From Macrostomum lignano (Eukaryota), in NCBI GenBank assembly GCA_002269645.1, contig NIVC01004516.1, positions 1 through 43,546 on the forward strand: a stretch of DNA of 43,546 nt, given 5' to 3'. Under the pieces are notes generated by a model. The model had not been told where the DNA came from. It was given only the letters and a program-made list of their open reading frames with translations, and searched no databases. Position numbers and translations under genes: made by a program. Of this stretch, positions 12,122-43,546 are shown one piece after another (the first letter of the stretch is position 1; every line of letters begins with the position of its first letter).

Positions 12122-13570
12122 ATGAACTGTCTGGAAGCCGACCCCAGAAATTCAACCGGCATACTTGATAGCGTCGATGGCAACTGCACAATAACAACCA
12201 GCAATGCGTCGTTGGAATCTACCGATGCCGTCGAATGGTCGAACGCTGAACTTCGCGCTCTACTGTGTCGGATCGTCTATCCACCTCTGCTAGTGATTGG
12301 CGTCCTTTGCAATTTGCTGGCCCTTCTAACTTTTCAGCAGAAACGCCTAAGACGAAGTCCGGTGTCTCTATGCCTGTCGGCCTTGGCTATCCTAGACAGC
12401 CTCGTACTGCTGTCGAGTACACTGCGCTACTGGCTGAAGTACCAAATTAGCTTCGACTGGCAAGTTGAGAGCATTCACCTGTGCAGAGTGACTCTCTTCC
12501 TAGAATACTTCACCGCTGATGGTTCGGTATGGACACTGCTACTAGTAACCGTTCAACGCTATGTTGGCACTCATTTTCCACTGCGCGCCGGTAAGTATTG
12601 CAATCGAAGCCGCACCTTCCTGTTCATGATGGGCGTCGGGACTTTGTGCGCCGTTAAGAATCTGCCTCTACTGATCCGAGCTAAAGCCATGCCCCTACCT
12701 CTAGCCGGTACCGTCTGTCAAATTGTCTACGACCATCAGCTGTGGGTAGCTTTCTCCTGGACCGACACCATCTTCCGCTTTCTGATTCCGTTTCCCAGCC
12801 TTCTATTCCTTAACTTCTCCATCTGTCGAAAGGTTCGAGCAGCTAGAAAATTCCGACGTAGTCAACAGGTTGAATGGCGCAGCTCGATGCACGGCAATAG
12901 CAGTACGCTACTTAATAACAACGCAAATACCTTTAGTAACAACCGCAACGCCATCATTAGTAGGCAGTCTCTCAGTCGGGTGTCTCGACGTGCCACCACA
13001 GATCCTCTGCCATCATCGACTCTGGACGCTCAACAGCGCCTCAGCAGGGCAAGTGTCAGGCGGACGAATCTAGACGATGGTCGCCGAATGCTGATGATGC
13101 TAGTCGTAGTTAACTTTGTCTTCTTAGCCTGCCAGTTTCCTTTCTGTGTGTTCTCTCTGGTGGACAGCTTCCTCGATCTGATGAAGAAGGCTGTTACAAA
13201 TAGAGATACCTCCGCGTACCTTGTTTTGTCACTCTGCTTCCAATCGGCCCTAACTTTGGTGTACGTTTCGCACGCAACCAACTTCTTCTTCTATTGTCTG
13301 TCTGGCCGGCTTTTTCGTCACACCCTCATGCGAATGTTGACGCCGTGTCGCGGGCAGCAACGGCAGGGAAGGCGCGGTCTCAATGGCCCCGGCGACAGCC
13401 CCATCGGATGCTGCAACAGCTGCTGCTGTAGTCGCCGAAGTCGTCAACGGATTCTACTGAGAGCGATTGCTAAGCAACAGAACGAGAAACAGCAGCAACA
13501 GCAGAATGACGTAGCAAAGCAGCAATCGGAAATGATCGAGGCAAAACCTTGGAAGCCGGAGTTGGAATGA
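12122..13570 (+). CDS. Intronless class A (rhodopsin-like) GPCR, peptide-receptor type (FMRFamide/SPR-like invertebrate group)
   Basis: Seven hydrophobic helices: TM1 IVYPPLLVIGVLCNLL, TM2 LSALAILD, TM3 C...TVQRY, TM4 ending KNLP, TM5 FLIPF..LLFLN, TM6 FLACQFP, TM7 SHATNFFFYCLSG.LFR. N-glycosylation sequons (NST, NCT, NAS) lie in the N-terminus. First ATG is 12122; the track's start at 12017 is a TTG. Confidence 0.93.
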   Translation: MNCLEADPRNSTGILDSVDGNCTITTSNASLESTDAVEWSNAELRALLCRIVYPPLLVIGVLCNLLALLTFQQKRLRRSPVSLCLSALAILDSLVLLSSTLRYWLKYQISFDWQVESIHLCRVTLFLEYFTADGSVWTLLLVTVQRYVGTHFPLRAGKYCNRSRTFLFMMGVGTLCAVKNLPLLIRAKAMPLPLAGTVCQIVYDHQLWVAFSWTDTIFRFLIPFPSLLFLNFSICRKVRAARKFRRSQQVEWRSSMHGNSSTLLNNNANTFSNNRNAIISRQSLSRVSRRATTDPLPSSTLDAQQRLSRASVRRTNLDDGRRMLMMLVVVNFVFLACQFPFCVFSLVDSFLDLMKKAVTNRDTSAYLVLSLCFQSALTLVYVSHATNFFFYCLSGRLFRHTLMRMLTPCRGQQRQGRRGLNGPGDSPIGCCNSCCCSRRSRQRILLRAIAKQQNEKQQQQQNDVAKQQSEMIEAKPWKPELE

Positions 13571-16567
13571 ATTTGTTTGAATATGGTACAACTAATGGCA
13601 CACGTAGCTTAAGGAACACTTTTTATAATTTGTAAAACCGAATAATACGCTCGTAACTTATTTGCTGACTCTCATGTTTCAAGCAGTACAATAAACAGGT
13701 GAGTTACGACGTAGCTCGTATGTGTTCAAGGCCCCAAAAAATTCCCTAAATTTTTGTTAACTATTTCTATCCAGAAAATACCCTTCTTTGTCTATTTTTC
13801 CACTTTATTTGTACAGATGCTTCATTTATAAATAGCAACTCCACTAAAATGTATTCCCGTATATTTATTAGTTCGTCTGCGATTTTAAAATCGAAAACAT
13901 TTTCGAATTTTTTATATAACGGTAAGCAAAAACAATATTTCAATATCATCTGCGTCATTTCCTATTTACACTGCACTTCGATGCCAAGATCGAGAGACTG
14001 CATTAGAAGGGTTCGGCCATGCCAGAAATATGACCCTTTACAACGCTAGGTCACGCATTCCACATCAACTGAAACGTCCTTAAAATACGATGCCGGCAGG
14101 GCAGAATGCTGGTAAACAAAAAAACGGCCATGGACTGAAGAATTTTCATCAGCAAACACTCTGTCGTGTTCGCATCTGAATTTTGCAGATAACGCCGCAA
14201 CTATATTAACATGGCGGCTAAATGTAGCATATCATCACATTAATGCAAATATGTCTGACCCTGAGTGACTTGTTATTTGCAGTCAACTGACCAAATATTG
14301 TTATTGAGCTGCTTAATAGCTACTATAAATACCTGCAAGTACAATTTGTACACGAGGTTACTGTTAGCTGCTGTATGCCAGCAATCTGCATGTAAAACGC
14401 GACATTTTATGATCAAAACTGTCATCTTTATGACTTTATTGCTGCCTGTATGTTTCCATCTTCATTTATTTTCTGCCAGCAAAGCAATATTGATACTCAT
14501 TCGCTAGCTAGATATTGCACGTATAATAGAGCCATTTCCGTTTCTCAATAAGTCGCTATAATTTATAGTGCCGCATTACGCTCTTACGCTCTCACGCTCT
14601 TTACTGAATGAGTTCTAATATTTCATAGATTTTGTGACTTTTGCTTCAAAGTATTTTCGTGTATTGAAAATTTTTTCATTGGCTATTTATAATAAACCTT
14701 TTTATCGCTGCTTCTCCCCAGTTTTTGCTCTGTCAAATTTGTTTTACTCCCAACGGATCCTACAAGGACTGTTCTCTCCTCCCACTTAAATATTAACTGA
14801 GCAAACTGCTTTTGTAAACCCTGCACACGCAAGAGAAGGAAATATTATAATCTCGAGCTATTTTTACTTGCGTAAGTACAATTTATTTAAACAAAGTCGC
14901 GCACCGTACTATCTGAATCTGCTTCAACAAAGTTATTTTCAGAGGGTGAATATTATTGACTATTGTACTGAGTATAGCTAAGCATCGTACACAGCCCATT
15001 GTCCATACGAATTGACGTCAGATTATTTTTATTGTGTGCGTTCTAAATTTAGCCAACGTCCTAAAGCTTATGAACTTATTCTATATGTAAAGCAATAGTT
15101 TTCACAGCTAAAATTTGTTGCATATCTAGCCTTCATTACATTATTGTGTATACTATTAACTACGGTAGTTTTCAATATGACAGTGAGATGTTTTTACCGG
15201 TATGTAATATACTGCTATTTAATGTTATAACACTTCTTGAAATAGCAAATTGTCCGTGTACCTTCGATTGCAAAAAAATAAAAAATCATTACTATCTTTG
15301 TGATCTCACCTGCTTTAGCTGCTGCTTTTAACGGGTAAATAAATATGAATAATATTTATTTGTTTATAATTAAAGTATACTGAGAAAATAAAGAGCACTC
15401 TTATTAATCCAATCAAGTACAGAAATAGAAAAAAGCAAATTATAAATAATAAAACAGCATAGAACGATCAGGCCATGAATTACAGAACGGATTTAACAAC
15501 CAATAAATGTTTAGATAGGGGCGTCACCTGAACTTTGGAGGGAATTGTAGACCAAAATAATTATGTTGCCAGTACACCCGAGTACTGCTGACACATACAT
15601 ATGTACCAGTTAGCACTGTATCTGTGGCTTATTTACTAATATTTAACACTACAGACTTTAATTCAAAAAATTACATAACAAACAGGGTTTAACTGCAGCC
15701 AGAATTTTACGGAGACAGTCTACTATATTCCACTTGTTTGTTACAATGCTTGCAAAATTAAATCAGGAGAAAATTTCGATGCTTGAGGAGGTGTCGCCAA
15801 TAGCGCAAAAACAGTGGAGAGAGAATAAAAAAGTAAGCGAAAACAATCATAAAATGTTTATTTATTCAGTACATGTACCTCGTATTAAATTTTAAGCCAA
15901 CTGAAAGGCACATTTAGTTACAATTGTATACTTATGTACATATTTTGGAATAAAGTATGCCTCTTTTGTTCGCACACCTTCATAAATACATTTGACATAT
16001 CATCTAGCTTGTAATTGGGTTTAGATTAAACAAAGTTTTGCTATTCAAAGATTGGCCTGATATTTTTATCGGTTTTTTGGACACACCGCTGGTAAAATTG
16101 AATCATCAAAAATTGAATCTTGTATGAGTATATCACGGTCTCAAACTATAGTGAAAAGTACCAAAAATTTAAACGAACAGCAGAGGAAGTGGAAAAAGTG
16201 CACAGACTTTAGTCTAGGGATCGTGCAATCAATAGCTAGTTAAAACTCAAAATAAGGCAATTAGTTCAGCTGCTTCAAAAGTACATCTGAACTGTTATGT
16301 GAAAGCGATAAGCGAAGTAATTCACATGAAAAAGCTGACTTCGTAGTGGATATATTCTCCTGAAAATTAACTGTCATCGAGTTTACGAGCTTAAATCTAT
16401 TTGATCTCTGTTCTGGCCTCAAAATCGATACGGCGAAATCGTTTGCTTTATCAATTTATAACAAAGAGAATTGATAAGTTTAATTTTAAATTTAATCTGA
16501 AAAAATTGACTCGCGCAGTAGGTTGGAAATAAACAAGATTGAGTATTATTTTTCACTTTTAATTTTG

Positions 16568-42163
<25,596 letters not shown>

Positions 42164-43546
42164 GCATGAAAGAATTAATAGATTATGTTATCATTTTAAA
42201 TAGTATATGGTTGACAGAATCAGATGATTCTCACTTAATCAAATAAGATTACGACTTTGGTGTTGGGATTTATATTGAAAAGATTTTTAATATAATATAC
42301 AATTTGTACGCTCGTACTTTTTATTATACTATACAACATATGGCTTTCCGAAGAAAGCACATATTGTTGGACAAACATTAAACAATAAAGCAGATTTTAA
42401 CAGCTTTTGTACGTTATATCTTTTAGAAAGTATATGACTACATCTTTAGATAACTATGCTGACACATGAAATAATAAGAGAGTCAAAAGAAGCAAATAAA
42501 AGGAATTTAATATTCGTGTACGGTATACACTATACTATAATATAATATACTATTATACATGTGTTAAACATGTTTAGATACTCCCATTTTTAACAGTCTA
42601 AAAGATGTAATAATAAGGTACTAAAATTGGAATATACTGCTGATTAATTTTCAAATTCCTGAATGGAAATTCCATGAAAGTCGAAGAATATACTCGGTGT
42701 GTCAAAAATGAAAATGGAATTGTAAGTTATAATTGCTAGGCATACACAACTTAAAGTTATAAAGCCCTCATGATTTCAAAACATTCTTAAAAGTGTTAAT
42801 TTTTCTTTGTTATTCAATTTTGCTACATAACAGTAAAGCTAAATAACAGAGTTCTTTTAAAAACTTTGTTTGAACAAAATTCTTTCTTATTTAATTTAAA
42901 CGGACAAATTCAGCCGACTTTAATTTCATAATATTTTGTATTGCACGTATAATTTTTGGTTTTGCGTTTGCAATCGCTCAGCCCGCTCCTATTTCGGTTT
43001 CATTTATTAAAATTAGACTATGTTTAGAATTAGAGATAGCCCCCCCCCCCTCTAGATCTAGAGCCTAGCCTAGAGGGGCTCAGCCTTGACTGAGTACACT
43101 AGTGTTTTGTTAACTAGGCCAGCCAAACCCAAACCTAGGCCTATTCTTACTTATTGCATGAATGGGGTAGCATAACATCTATAGCCATAGGCATAAGGTC
43201 TATAACTAGGCCTAGTCAAGCTTTTTGTTTTAATAATTAGGCCTATGAAATTCATTAGTAATAGGCAGTTGTTATTTGTCCTGTTACCAGATAAATAGCC
43301 ATTTCACTATTCGTCTGGTTAAATAGATATTACTACTTATACATGTATGTATACATTTTTATGAATATGGTATTCCAGGATTTTAACTTTAAAGGCTTTT
43401 TCCTATCTTGATTAATGTTGTTATACTACTCTAGAATACATCAGGAGTCTACACAGTCTGACTGATTCCTGTCTTATCGGCCCCTACTTGTACCCTTCTA
43501 CCATAGTCCGGATCATGGCAGGGTATATGCCAAACTAAAACTTGAT

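Noticed and set aside
43030-43260. CTAG/CTAGGCC-rich patch upstream of the CCDC162-like gene
   Set aside because: Low-complexity palindromic words with no definable unit, boundaries or promoter evidence.

Overview
Eukaryotic (animal) genomic DNA. The compact GT-AG introns, dense simple-repeat arrays and polyQ tracts suggest an invertebrate, possibly a Macrostomum-like flatworm, but that is a guess. Three protein-coding genes are supported. (1) An M13/neprilysin-family metallopeptidase on +. It is most likely spliced as join(1105..1108,1967..4290), giving a 775-aa protein with an N-terminal signal peptide. HExxH is intact but the third zinc ligand is changed from GENIAD to GNNIAD. (2) An intronless class A peptide-type GPCR on + (probable ATG 12122, stop 13570) with QRY in place of DRY. 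(3) A gene on - (42163 to 16568) that I reconstructed by hand as 30 exons with consistent splice phases, 7164 nt or about 2387 aa. It resembles the uncharacterised CCDC162/DUF4549 coiled-coil family; family calls are from remembered motifs, not a database search. The rest is intronic or intergenic DNA holding at least a dozen distinct tandem arrays (including about 1 kb of (CTGT)n and about 2.6 kb of (TAAC)n), a MITE-like inverted repeat, a small foldback element and two tRNA-SINE-like relics. Most other ORFs in the track are repeat artefacts or antisense shadows of real exons. No CRISPR array, rRNA, intact tRNA or transposase is supported, and I found no clearly new multi-gene system.
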